Shown in pieces: positions 24,061 through 37,095 of a stretch of DNA of 64,000 nt. Each line of letters begins with the position of its first letter. The first letter of the stretch is position 1. Both the position numbers and the translations under genes were made by a program. Under the pieces are notes generated by a model. The model ran no database searches. It saw only the letters and a program-made list of their open reading frames with translations, and was not told the DNA's origin. This DNA is from Octopus vulgaris (Eukaryota), in the NCBI GenBank assembly GCA_951406725.2, contig OX597821.1:116250001-116314000 (forward strand), read 5' to 3'.

Positions 24061-25117
24061 TAATCTTCCCCCTTCGAATCGTCTGTCTGTGTTCTATTTC
24101 AGGTGATGACTATTGTTTAGCGATGCATTTCAAGAAATAATATAGCTTGGCTATAAATATGTATTTGTCATTGATTTCGTATGTAAATAGAGACTCTCCG
24201 AATTTTCTAAAGGAGAGAAAAAGGGAGAGACTCGAAGGAACGAGATGGTGTAACGATTGTGTCAGACATGAGGTGAGGTAATGGAAGGGCTACAACTCAG
24301 AACCAAATCCGGGAGCAGCGCTCACCCTCTGGTCTGCAGCGCTCACCTTCTCCATAAATTCAACATGGTTTGTATTAAAGATCGTGTATGTTAATAGAAA
24401 AAGAAATAAGAGATCGTGATGTCTATACGCTTCTAAAGAGCATTAATACTCTACTTGAAGTGACATGGATTTCAACATGGAATCGAAGACGTCTCGCCGA
24501 TTAGGCTCCCCAAATCTCTTCCTTATGGAACTTGTAACTTTTCTCGACTGGTTATTTTTCACTAAACATTATAATTTATCTTTAAAAACGTGTATATATA
24601 TTTATGAACGAGTTTACACAATATATTACTGGTACCTATGTTTATTAACTCCGGAGGTGACGAAATATGATATCAATAGTTGTAAAACTATCCGTCTGTT
24701 ATTTAGCCCCAGGTCAGCTCTGCATGTAGACCTATGATCAAAAGCATTCTACTATTAAATATCCTCCCTTTTTGCACCCAAACTATCTCAGACTGCATTA
24801 TGCAACACATCCTCCCGCCCTTTTTGTAAGTTTTTTAAAGGGTGTGATTTCAAAATTTGCTGCTATTTCTAGTAGGTCAAACGACTATGTGGAGGTCCCC
24901 TCGGCCCAGCTGTTGTTCACCTGCATTACTCATACTTGTTAAATATGAATTGCTGGTATATTAGTAATTACATGTCTAGCCCCAGTTTTATCCGGCAAAG
25001 TAAATGAGTGGTTGTGGCTTTCATGCATTTTCTTATGGAATAAATGAAACATTTCCAAATGAGAATCAACAGCCATGAAGATCTTAATGCCTAGCCAGGC
25101 ACTCACTGCACGCCTCT

Positions 25118-25132
25118 GTGTGGGTGTGTCTG

Positions 25133-25173
<41 letters not shown>

Positions 25174-25200
25174 ATATCTATCTATCTATCTATCTATCTA

Positions 25201-25236
<36 letters not shown>

Positions 25237-25360
25237 CCTGTCTGTCTGTCTATATATCTATCTATACATACATACATATATGCATGCATACATATGTATA
25301 CACGTGTATGTATGCATGCATGTATGTATGTATGTATGCATGCATGTATGTATGTATGTA

Positions 25361-25397
<37 letters not shown>

Positions 25398-25698
25398 GTG
25401 TATGTATGTATGTATGTATGTATGTATGTATGTATGTATGTATGTATGTATGTATGTATGTATGTATGTATGTGTGTATGTACGAGGGGGTGCTGACAAG
25501 TTCCTGGCTTTCAGTAAAAGAATATACAGGAGGATCAGTTAATTATGATTCTATTCAACATATTCCCCTCTCAGATTCACACACTTTCTGTAACGGTCCT
25601 TCAGTTTTTCTAAACCCTGTAAAAGAACTCAGAAGGTTGGGCCTCCAACCAGGCCTTTCGCGACACCCTTAAAGCCTGGAACTTTTCAGTGTTTCCTC

Positions 25699-25738
<40 letters not shown>

Positions 25739-25971
25739 ATGTATGTATGTATGTATGTATGTATGTATGTATGTATGTATGTATGTATGTATGTATGTAT
25801 GTATGCATGCGTGTATGTATGTATGCATGCGTGTATGTATGTATGTATGTATGTATGCATGCGTGTATGTATGTATGCATGCGTGTATGTATGTATGTAT
25901 GCATGTATGCATGTATGCATGTATGCATGTATGTATGTATGTAAGTAATGTATGTATGTATGTATGTATGC

Positions 25972-26004
<33 letters not shown>

Positions 26005-26470
26005 TGTATGCATGCGTGTATGTATGTATGTATGTATGTATGTGTGTATGTATGTATGTATGTGTGTATGTATGTATGTATGTATGTATGTATGTATGCA
26101 TGCATGCATGTATGTACGTATGTATGTATGTATGTATGTATGTATGTATGTATGTATGTATGTATGTATGTATGTATGCATGCGTGTATGTATGTATGTA
26201 TGTATGTATGTGTGTATGTATGTATGTATGTATGTATGTATGCATGCATGTATGTACGTATGTATGTATGCATGCGTGTATGTATGTATGTATGTATGTA
26301 TGTATGTATGTATGTGTGTATGTATGTATGTATGTATGTATGCATGCATGCATGTATGTACGTATGTATGTATGCATGCGTGTATGTATGTATGTATGTA
26401 TGTATGTATGTATGTATGCATGCGTGTATGTATGTATGTGTGTATGTATGTATGTGTGTATGTGTGCAGG
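25118..26470. repeat. Compound (TCTA)/(TCTG)/(TATG)n microsatellite field interrupted by a mariner MITE
   Basis: Direct inspection; source of the spurious MYVC/HTYI ORFs. Confidence 0.97.
25483..25699 (-). mobile_element. mariner-derived MITE retaining the transposase C-terminus
   Basis: TA|CGAGGGGGTGCTGACAAGTTCCTGGCTTT with a diverged inverted end; minus strand reads [32 protein letters not shown]. Partial copy at 35013-35111. Confidence 0.85.
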
Positions 26471-28284
26471 AATGACATGGCATGTATGTCTTTGACGACG
26501 TGTTTGATCGAGGGTGATTTTCAGTTTTAAATTAGGAAATAAGACCTTAAATAAATGACCCCTTCTGCACACCCCGAAACAGACTGGGTGGTCACGTTGG
26601 AACGAGTTTGATTATGGAAAAACTCGGTTAAGGTTTACCCAAAGTTAAACAACACAAATGCAAATAAACGTGATGGTAGAAGTTTAAAATAGAAAACTTG
26701 ATAGACATAATATGGAAGTAGCATAAAATATATTAACGGGTGCCAACTAGAAGATTCGGAGAATAATTTTTTGAAATTTTGGCACGAGGCCGGCAATTTT
26801 AAGGGTGAGGAGTAGTTAGTCCATGACATTGACCCCTGTACTTGATTGGTACTTTATTTTATTTATTCTGCAAGGACGAAAGTTGACCTCGGTCGTATTT
26901 GAACTCAGCGCACGGAACCGGAAGAAATGCCGCAAAGCCTTCGAACGATGTGGAAACGCATCTGCCATTTCGAAACCCTTCTTCGGAGAATAATTGTTTC
27001 TCATTTTGAAAAAACACATTACATAATAAACTGGCCAGTTTCAATGCAGAAGAAGCACCTTATAGATTTGAACTCACACCGTGCCGTAACACATACCGCC
27101 GTTCTAATGATTTCTTACAGAGACATAAGGGCAGAAATTTGGGGTAATGGGATTGTATCGATCTCAGTGGGAATGAATGGCAAAATTGATCGCGACGGGA
27201 TTTGAACTCAAAATGTCAAGAGACGTAACTAAATCCCACATGACATCGAATCCGCTACTCTAGTAATTCTGCGATATTATCTGTTTAAAAAACACATTAA
27301 TAATAAACTGGCCAGTTTCAATGCAGAAGAAGCACCTTATAGATTTTCACACTGCTAACTTCCAGTTGCCATGGTTACTACAACGATAGCGATAGTTGCA
27401 TAAGAACTCGCAGACAGCTTCTGCTAGTAAGGCTGCTTCAGACATGTGGCATTAATTTTTCCTAAATCGATCTTATTTAGTTGTGGTCACGGCAATTATA
27501 TATTTTAACTTTCAGACTGAATCTCTGTCCTGTGTTGTTTCAAGCACAGTTCGGTCTTCTTTCAAGCACCGTCATTGATTTTGAAGTTTACCTCACTCTT
27601 CAGCGGGATGTTCTAAATATTCACCACTCTCTTACAAAACGAATATTTTCCAACATTCAGTCGCACTTGTTACCTCTTCTCATTTTCCTCTGATTTACAA
27701 ACAAATCTTTACAAGCCTTTGTCATATATTCCATTCGAGGTGATCTTAAAAACCTCTATCATATACACCCGTGTGGTCTTCTTTAAGTCAAAGATGGGTG
27801 AAAATAGCTTCGTAAGTCTTGTTATTAAAGCGCCTCCCCCTATTGGGGGTTTTAATTGTTACTTATATTTCGTTGTTCACGGACTTTTTTCAAACGGACA
27901 AAACCCTTTGTAACTTTCGTCCTGTGTTTTGTCCCTTTATGTTTTAATTGATTTTTGTTAGCCCTTGTGGCCAATAAACGAACGAATTATTATAAATAAT
28001 TCTATAGGCACAAGACCCGAAATATTTGGCGAGGTTTGGGAAGCGAGTAGTCAATTATACGCTTGACTGATACTTATTTTATCGACCTCGAAAGGAAAAA
28101 AGGCAAGGTCGACATCGGCATAATTTGAACTTAGAACGTAACATCGGAATAAATGCCGCTAAATATTTTGACCGGCGTGCTAAGCTCGCCGAAATAACGC
28201 ACCATTGACAACGAGGAGCCTCTGCTCCGTGGCTCAACATGCTAGAAATAACAGCATCCAAATCGCCCTCATCACACAATTGTC

Positions 28285-28335
<51 letters not shown>

Positions 28336-28429
28336 CATAAGATAATGTTGTCCTGGACATTAGCGATAAAAATGAATAGCGAGATTGAAATACTTTTGAT
28401 CAGTTTTTGCTAAATCAGGGCTGACCTCG

Positions 28430-28860
28430 GGCGATCTTTCGTCTCTAGTAGACCTTTCCGTCGATTTCTGTAAAAAAATTTTTTTTTTTTACATATGGGC
28501 TTGCGGGAACTTTTGAAGTAATGAGAGCGAAAGAGACTAAGAGAAAGCGATTGTATGACGAGGGAAGTTCTTTTGAAGTTACCGAAGCATTGATGTACAT
28601 GTGTGTGTGTGTGTTTTTTTTTGATGGGGTGTGGGAGACACAAAGTATGTTGTGTAAGTGAAGTGCTTCTGTTAGTGTGTGTGAAGAGACAGAGAGAGTC
28701 TATGCACAGTAACTTCACAAGAACTTCCCTCGTCATACAATTGCTTTCTCTTAGTCTCTTTCGCTCTCATTACTTCAAAAGTTCCCGCAAGCCCATATGT
28801 AAAAAAAAAAAAATTTTTACGGAAATCGACGGAAAGGTCTACTAGAGACGAAAGATCGCC
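28430..28860. mobile_element. Foldback MITE with ~150-bp TIRs and 9-bp TSD (MULE/Merlin-like)
   Basis: GGCGATCTTTCGTCTCTAGTAGACC ... GGTCTACTAGAGACGAAAGATCGCC; TSD CTGACCTCG at 28421-28429 and 28861-28869. Confidence 0.9.
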
Positions 28861-29097
28861 CTGACCTCGAAATAGGAATACTATCAAGGCAGGAAAAAGA
28901 CTAGAAATTTCAATAATGACGACATTTATTGATCAAGATGGTTGACACTTTTAACTCTCAATGTCCACTCTATAGTTTAACGGTTTACTAATTCGATTCG
29001 CGAGTAAAGAAATAACGTGTTTACCAGGATTGTTTGCAAAGCACACACTAAGCGCACCCAGCGCATTTTTTGACTTAACATGTGCGTTCGCGCGCGT

Positions 29098-29920
29098 GTA
29101 TGTATGTATGTATGTATGTGTGTATGTATGTATGTATGTATGTATGTATGTATTATGTATGTATGTATGTATGTATGTATGTATGTATGTATGCATGCAT
29201 GTATGTACGTATGTATGTATGTATGTGTGTATGTATGTATGTATGTATGTATGTATGTATTATGTATGTATGTATGTATGTATGTATGTATGTATGTATG
29301 TATGTATGTATGTGTGTGTGTGTGTGTATGTGTGTGTGTATGTATGTATGTATGTATGCATGCATACATGTAGGCATGCATGCATACATGTAGGCGTGTA
29401 TGTATGTATGTATGTATGTATGTATGTATGTATGTATGTATGCATGCATGCATGTATGTGTGTACGTATGTATCTATGCATGCATGCATACATGTAGGCA
29501 TCTGTATGTATGTATGTATGTATGCATGCATGCATGTATGTGTGTACGTATGTATCTATGCATGCATGCATACATGTAGGCATCTGTATGTATGTATGTA
29601 TGCATGCATGCATGTATGTGTGTACGTATGTATCTATGCATGCATGCATACATGTAGGCATCTGTATGTATGTATGTATGTATGTATGTATGCATGCATG
29701 CATGCATGTATGTATGTACGTATGTATGTATGCATGCATACATGTGGGCATCTGTATGTATGTAGGCATGTGTATGTAGGTATGTATGCATGCATGTAAG
29801 CGTGTGTACGTATGTATGTATGCATGCATGCATGTATGTATGTAGGCATGTGTATGTAGGTTTGATGCATGTAAGCGTGTGTACTTACGTACGTATGTGT
29901 GTATGTATGTATGTATGTAT
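29098..29920. repeat. (TATG)n microsatellite with higher-order ~80-nt minisatellite units
   Basis: Repeated GTGTGTACGTATGTATCTATGCATGCATGCATACATGTAGGCATCT blocks. Confidence 0.9.
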
Positions 29921-30382
29921 AAATAAGGGTATGCGTTAATTTCACGAGCAGGCTATTCTATTGATTGGGTCAAATGGAATCCTCGCCGTCGTAACCGACG
30001 AAGAACCATGTATGTATGTATACGCATCTGTTTATGTATGTCTATATAATTTATACACCGTACACATATATACGACACTGTTGCATTCCAGTATCACTGA
30101 CTTAATATTTTTTTCATATTTTCATGATTTTCTTGCAGTTTGTTTGGGACAGCAACTTTCTTAAATCCATCATCAGTATTTCTTTTGACCTTCATATCCC
30201 ATCTTCAGGATGGAGTGAAGGTTCTAAGCAGGCCTGATTTTACCACCAGAATTTTAATTTCAATTATTAATTTTACACAGTCGTGGGCTGTTCAATTTCG
30301 ATTGCGTGTGGTGTATATTATGGTTATCTTCGCATTTGTTTTAGTATTGAGTTGTGACGTGAATATTGTTTTTATTTATTGT

Positions 30383-30749
30383 GGAGGCGCAATGGCCAAG
30401 TGGTTAGGGCAGCGGACTCGCGGTCATAGGATCGCGGTTTCGATTCCCAGACCGGGCGAAAACATCTAAAAGCTCCACGAGGCTCCGGCAGGGGATGGTG
30501 GTGATCCTAGCTGTACTCTTTCACCACAACTTCTCTCACTCTTACTTCCTGTTTCTGTTGTACCTGTATTTCAAGGGGCCGGCTGGCCTTGTCACTCTCT
30601 GTGTCACGCTGAATATCCCTGAGAACTACGTTAAGGGTGCACGTGTCTGTGGAGTGCTCAGCCACTTACAGGTTAATTTCACGAGCAGGCTGTTCCGTTG
30701 ATTTGGATCAACCGGAACCCTCATCATCGTTACCGACGGAGTGCTTCCA
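30383..30749 (+). mobile_element. tRNA-derived SINE family 3, tail type b
   Basis: Colinear with 42203-42589; small deletion after the B box. Confidence 0.9.
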
Positions 30750-31103
30750 AATAAAAAAATTGTTTTTATTATCAACCCTCTGTTTGCATCTGTGTACATT
30801 TCCGAAGATCACAGAACTACAAGCAGCGTTGCTGGGGTCATTTCCTCTCTCAACAAACCATCTGCTACCTTTGCACCGTCAAAGAAGAGTGGAATAAGAC
30901 AGCCGTTACTCAAAAAACGAGTAAGGATTAGTGATGTCCGAGGGTAAAAGAATGCCATAATAATATATATTTTTCTAACCCTTGCTAGCATGGAAAAACA
31001 GATGTAAAACAAACAAATGATTAGACACACATATTTACACACATATATATGTACACACACACACATATATATATACATATGTATATATAAATACGTGTGT
31101 GTT

Positions 31104-31170
<67 letters not shown>

Positions 31171-31186
31171 TTGCATATATATATAT

Positions 31187-31545
31187 ATCATCATCATCAT
31201 TGTTATTGTTTAACGTCTGATTTCCATGCTGGCATGGGTTGGACGGTTTGTCTGAGGATTAGCAAGCTGAGAGGCTGCACCAGGCTCCAATCTGATCTGG
31301 CAAGGTTTCTACAGCTCGATGCCCTTCCTAACACCAACTACTCTGAGAGTGTAGAGGGAGCTTTTTATGTGTCACTGCATCATGTGGCACTGGCTTCAGT
31401 CATGACTATGATTCCAGTTGGTTCAACAGGTCTTCTCAAGTACAGCATATTGCCTGACTAATAACTGAAGCGAAGGGGTACTTTAAAACAGGCCAGTTAT
31501 GCGACACTGGCATCAGCCACGACTATTACCTCACTTGGCTTGCCA
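31187..31545 (-). mobile_element. RTE family A-like 3' UTR fragment
   Basis: Terminal stem and the GATGCCCTTCC motif. Confidence 0.75.
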
Positions 31546-32733
31546 TATATATATATATATATATATGATGCGATATTTATATATATATGAATACATATAT
31601 ATATGTATGTATGTATATATATAAATATATATATATACATATATATATATACACAAACACACACGTATTTATATATACATATGTGTGTATAGGTGCGCAG
31701 ATGTATATTTAAGTGTGTGTGTGTGTGTGTGTGTGCAAATGTTTAGCTGTCCCTGCCTGTGCTGGTTTATCTATATGCCATTTGATGACAGACATATATT
31801 TTGTAACTTAGTAAATATATGTAGATATGTTGAAATGTATTCATATGTATATATATGTATATGTATGTTTTTGTATGGATATGTATATTCATGGTTGGAT
31901 ATATATGTATATGTTTTTCTTATATGTGTGAGTACGCAAATGCATATTTAAATGTGTGAGTGTATATGTTTATGTATATGTGCGGATGTACGTGTGTATG
32001 TGTGTGTATAAATGTTGGTATAGTTTTGTTTTGGTTTTTTTCCCCAACAAACCAACCATAAGAAAGACAATGGTAATTTAAATTCAAATCCATAAGCCAA
32101 TCATAGTTTAGTGCTAGATTCGTATCTATTTCTGAAAGTAATAGTGTATTTCTGTCACATTGGAAATTATAAATTTGAACTCGGAAATACATCTGTGCAC
32201 CAGTGGATCTTAATGTCGTGTAAATAGAATGCTTTTGTTTCATATTTTGTATGTATAAGCAGATATTTAACACTTTGCATGGTATTGTAGTACTATTGTA
32301 ACTATATTGCTAATAATGGAGTCTATATATTGTTTTTCTAGTATTAGCGTTATTAATAATAATACGAATGATGATATTGGTAGCATTAGTGGTAATGACA
32401 ATGATAATGATGCTAACATTAATGACATTTTGGAAATTGTTAAGAATTAATATAATGTACTCTTGACTCTGTATATCTGCATTTGGGTATTAATATGTGT
32501 ATGTTTTTCTACATTGTAATTATCACAATATTAAGTTGAAAAACTGTAACATTGAATGTGAAACATATGTATGTTTATTGATCTATATTATTTATATTAT
32601 TTATATCATTATGTATATGTATATTTATATGTATAGGAGTGTGAGTATACGCACTCATATGTATATGTATATGTTTTATTATGGGTATGTACCCACACCT
32701 ATATAAATGTGTATGTAATCTGATTTGGATCAC

Positions 32734-32828
32734 ATAATCTCCGAAGAGGCCTTAGGATATTTTTGTAAATGTCTCATTTATAATTACGAGACATACTTAT
32801 CTGCATGGCTGAAACAGCTGTAAGATAT
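32734..32828 (+). ncRNA. Candidate type I hammerhead ribozyme with extended helix II and palindromic minimal helix III
   Basis: ATCT CCGAAGA GGCC[..GATA..ATGTCTC-loop-GAGACAT..TATC..]GGCT GAAAC AGCT GTA AGAT. Helix I ATCT/AGAT; GUA cleavage triplet at 32820-32822; U4 replaced by C. Confidence 0.65.
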
Positions 32829-33079
32829 AGTCTATATTTATACTTATATTTACTTATTTTTATATTCTCTTATACATATTGTACTTATTGTATAACATTA
32901 CTCCTTTATTACTCCTTTATGTACACCATTTTGTTCTACTTTATTATGTTTGTCCTTAAAGTTTCTTATGTGGTGGTTTAGTAAAGTATGTGATTGGGTA
33001 TTATCTGGTAATCGATATTTGATTTAGATGTATTTCTCCATTTTCTTATTTTGTATATATATATATATATATATATCAA

Positions 33080-33545
33080 CCTTTGAACATCGGGCCTCAC
33101 AAGTGTTGGGCCTGACGGAGGTAAAGTAACTGAGTTCCTTTCAAGCATTGGGCCTCATGGAGGCAAAATGGGTGAGCTCCTGGGCCACACAGAGGCAAAG
33201 TGGCTGACTTCCTTTTGCGTGCTGGGACTCACAGAAGTAAGGTGGCTGAGTTTTTTTCGAGTGTTGGACCTCACGGAGACAATGACCAAGACCTTTGGCA
33301 TTACGTTGTGCTTGAGAAGAAGGCCCATCAAGCTGAGCAAAATAGCAGTCATGGCAGATACCGGTGTCATGCAAATGGCACCTGTACTGGTGGCATGTAA
33401 AAGCACTCATTGCACTCCCAGAGTGGTTGGCATTAGGAAGGGCGTCCAGCCGTAGAAAACTATGCCAAATGAAACTGGATCCTGGTACAGCCTTCCAGTG
33501 TACCAGCCCAGTCAAACTATCCAATCCATGCCAGCATGATGATGA
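33080..33545 (+). mobile_element. RTE-type 3' UTR variant with ~43-nt tandem units
   Basis: Repeated TTGGGCCTCACGGAGGCAAAG-like units, then GGAAGGGCGTCCAGC and the CCATGCCAGCATG + GAT tail. Confidence 0.75.
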
Positions 33546-33614
33546 TAATATTTATAGACAAAATGGAATAAGTAGAACAAGAGACATATGGGATAGTCAC
33601 TGATAAGGTTACAG

Positions 33615-33833
33615 CAGTGGTTTTCAACCAGGGTTCCGCGGAACCTTAGGGTTCCGCCAGTACAGTGCAGGGGTTCTGCAAGAAGTTACAAAACTGCTAA
33701 AATCGGCAGTAATTTTTAAGTCTCCTGTGCAGATATGTGTGCATAAGACTATTAAATTATTGCACAGGGGTTCCTCGAGCCAGTGGAATGTTTCCTTGGG
33801 GTTCTGCTCCAGCAAAATGTTTGAAAAGCACTG
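33615..33833. mobile_element. hAT-type MITE
   Basis: CAGTGGTTTTCAA ... TTGAAAAGCACTG; 8-bp TSD GGTTACAG. Confidence 0.9.
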
Positions 33834-33924
33834 GGTTACAGGATTTGTGATGAAAGAGCTTAGGCAAAGACACTAAAATATGAAGAATAATAAAGCTGAA
33901 CTGGCAAAATATGATCATCTCCAA

Positions 33925-33981
<57 letters not shown>

Positions 33982-33984
<3 letters not shown>

Positions 33985-34879
33985 TCATCATCATCATCAT
34001 CGTTTAGCGTCCGTTTTCCATGCTAGCATGGGTTGGACGGTTCAACTGGGGTCTGTGAAGCCGGAAGGCTTCATCAGGCCTAGTCAGATCTGGCAGTGTT
34101 TCTACGGCTGGATGCCCTTCCTAATGCCAACCATTCCGTGAGTGTAGTGGGTGCTTTTTACGTGCCACCCGCACAGGTGCCAGACAGAGCTGGCAAACGG
34201 CCACGAACGGATGGTGCTTTTTATGTGCCACCGGCACGGGGGCCAGGCGAGGCTGGCAATGGACACGAACGGATGGTGCTTTTTACGTGCCACTGGCACG
34301 AGGCCAGTCGGGGCGGCGCTGGCAACAGTCACGAATGGATGGTTCTCTTACATGCCACCGACACTGGTAACACATCTGCAATTTCCATTGATCTATTTCA
34401 ATTCTGATCCTCACTTGCTTCAACAGGTCTTCACAAGTAGAGTTTTGTGTCCCAAGAAGGGAAGGTATGCATATGTAGGCTGGCTCCATCCCATGTAGAA
34501 GGCCACGGGTTATGGTCTCACTTGTCCTGCCAGGTCTTCTCGCGCACAGCACACTTCCAGAGGTCTCGGTCTCTAGTCATTTCCTCAGTGAGACCTAAAG
34601 TTCGAAGGTCGTGCTTCACCACCTTGTCCCAGGTTTTCCTGGGTCTACCTCTTCCACAGGTTCCCTCAACCGCTAGGGTGTGGCACTTTTTCACACAACT
34701 ATCTTCATCCATTCTCGCCACATGCCCATACCAGCGCAAACGTCTCTCTTGCACACCACAACTGATGCTTCTTAGGTCCAGCTTTTCTCTCAAGGTACTT
34801 ACACTCTGCCGAGTATGAGTACTGACATTACACATCCATCGGAGCATACTGGCTTCATTTCTTGCGAGCTTACGCATAT

Positions 34880-34883
<4 letters not shown>
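33982..34883 (-). mobile_element. RTE family A 3' fragment (ORF end plus 3' UTR)
   Basis: [30 protein letters not shown] (34518-34883), then UTR units and (GAT)n. Confidence 0.92.
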
Positions 34884-34924
<41 letters not shown>

Positions 34925-34964
34925 TATATATATATGTATATATGTGTGTAGACATATATATGTA

Positions 34965-34995
<31 letters not shown>

Positions 34996-35522
34996 GCACA
35001 CACACACACATCGGTGCTGAAAAGTTCCTGGCTTTAAGGATATTGTGAAAGACTGGTTGGAGGCCCAACCTTCTGAGTTTTTTTATAGGGCTTAGAAAAA
35101 CTGAAAGACCATGTCCTCCATGCATTCTTCCTAGGGCACCATCCCAGCTCAACACTTGATCAAAAGCAAAAGTGTCTTGACATGAATTCAGTGAGACAAG
35201 CTCTAATCATCCAAAACCAAAGAAATTGCAAATCCCAAGACATATTGGAAATATGTTTTGCCTGGCTGTATGATGAATTCTGAGATTTTACTGTATTTTG
35301 AGATACTTGCAGTGAAATGCTCAATAAAAATGGCACTATGCTTCTCTGCCTTCAAGATGATGCAATTTTTGACAAAGAAATATACATACACAAATTATTG
35401 ACCATTTTCCCAAGTTTGTATGGCTTAAATGGGTGGAAATTGAGGCAGGATTTTTATAGCTGGGAGTTTTCTCTTGGCAACCATTCTATTACATTGGTTT
35501 TCACCAGCAGAGCAACGAGATA

Positions 35523-35892
35523 TCTCTATATATAAACGGCAGTTTGTCTGTGTGTGTTTCTGTGTGTCTGTCTGGTTGTACCCTCACCCTGACCACGGCT
35601 TTCAACCGATTCTGATGAAACTTGACACACACATAGCCCAATGTCATAATTCAAAACTAACGCAGCGAAAATTTTGAAAAGTTCCCCCAGTTCTGAAAAA
35701 AATCGATAAATTCGACATGGGGTCGAGAATCAGAAACACAAACCACAGACTGTCTAGGGGACGCACCTCGACCTTTTTAACTAAAAAAAAAATTTACCAT
35801 CATTTTTATTCCATTTTTTGGCTATAACTCTCTAAAAATGCTTTATAGTTATTTCCCTTACAAACCCGAGCAACGCCAGGCGATACTGCTAG
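35523..35892 (+). mobile_element. Non-autonomous Helitron, second subfamily
   Basis: A|TCTCTATATATAAA ... ACAAACCCGAGCAACGCCAGGCGATACTGCTAG|T. Confidence 0.85.
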
Positions 35893-36039
35893 TATTTTTA
35901 TATAGGGAACGAAAACATATGTCACTGTTTTGCTCTGGTCATTTGGTGTCATGCTAAGACATACACATACATATAACAGCCTTTCATGCAGTTTATATCA
36001 ACCAATTTCTCTCATTTATGTGTCACCTTACTACTACTA

Positions 36040-36087
<48 letters not shown>

Positions 36088-36108
36088 ATGATAATGATAA
36101 TAATAATA

Positions 36109-36552
36109 GAAATATGCCAATACACGCAGATAGAGAAATTAAGGCCAATTGGCCAGATATAGTTTTCAGAGATTATGAAGAAAAAAAAAATGCTTTCTAA
36201 TTGATGTATCAATACCAACAGATGACAGTGTTTCTCTAAAAGAAATGGAGAAACTTTCAAAATACAAAGACCTGGAAATAGAGGTAACTCGAATGTAGAG
36301 TCTAAAAACAGAAACAATTCCTATCATAATAGATGCATTAGGTATGATAAAAAAAGATATTCAAATACATAACAAAAACAAATATATATAACATACAGAA
36401 AATAACACCACTAGGCACCAAACATATCTTACGTAAAACACTTTCAATACAGTAAAAATAAGAGCATTACAACAAACCACAGCACATACCCAAGGCACAC
36501 AGAGCTGTGCTCGGTAGTGCAATGAAAGCATATTATAAAAATAAAACTACTG
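36109..36552 (+). pseudogene. R4/Dong-clade non-LTR element 3' end (REL endonuclease) inserted in (TAA)n
   Basis: MPIHADREIKANWPDIVFRD..CFLIDVSIPTDD..KEMEKLSKYKDLEIEV..ETIPII.DALG (PD..D..K..KY motif); TAA repeats on both sides. Confidence 0.88.
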
Positions 36553-36703
36553 AATAATAATAATAATAATAATAATGGTTTCAAATTTTGCCACAAGAGC
36601 AGCAATTGTTGGGGAGGGCATAAGTTGATTTCAAGAACCCCAATGTTTCACTGGTACTTAATTTATTGACCCTGAAAGGATGAAGGGCAATTTAATAATA
36701 ATC

Positions 36704-36745
<42 letters not shown>

Positions 36746-36871
36746 TTAATAATAATATACTCTCTATTAAGTAATGAGTGCTTTTACCCTTGGATATTTA
36801 ATGACACATATGTGTATATGTACATACATACACACACACATACATTCAAACATACATCCTACAAACATACA

Positions 36872-36904
<33 letters not shown>

Positions 36905-37095
36905 GATGGCCATCCACTCATCACCAAGGAAGACCATTGCTGACCTCCAGAAACATTGTGTGCTCTAGGACTAACTTATATTTTGCATTTGTGGCTCCGT
37001 TGGTAGCTAATGAGCCCTGCTCTTGACAAGCATACATGACTGCAAACATTGCAAGCATACATATATACAAACATACAAATATACATACATACGTA
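36905..37095 (+). mobile_element. Probable extreme 3' end of another R4/Dong-like element within (ACAT)n
   Basis: IADLQK..LG..YIL resembles the terminal LQK..LLGT..ILR motif; flanked by ACAT repeats. Confidence 0.45.

Noticed and set aside
25669-26572. Long ORFs of 250-290 aa (MYVC/HTYI repeats) and similar IY-repeat ORFs at 16668-17139 and 28977-29945
   Set aside because: Translations of stop-free microsatellites; no coding signal.
26962-26995. Minus-strand CCGAAGA...GAAA
   Set aside because: No convincing helix II or III; likely chance.
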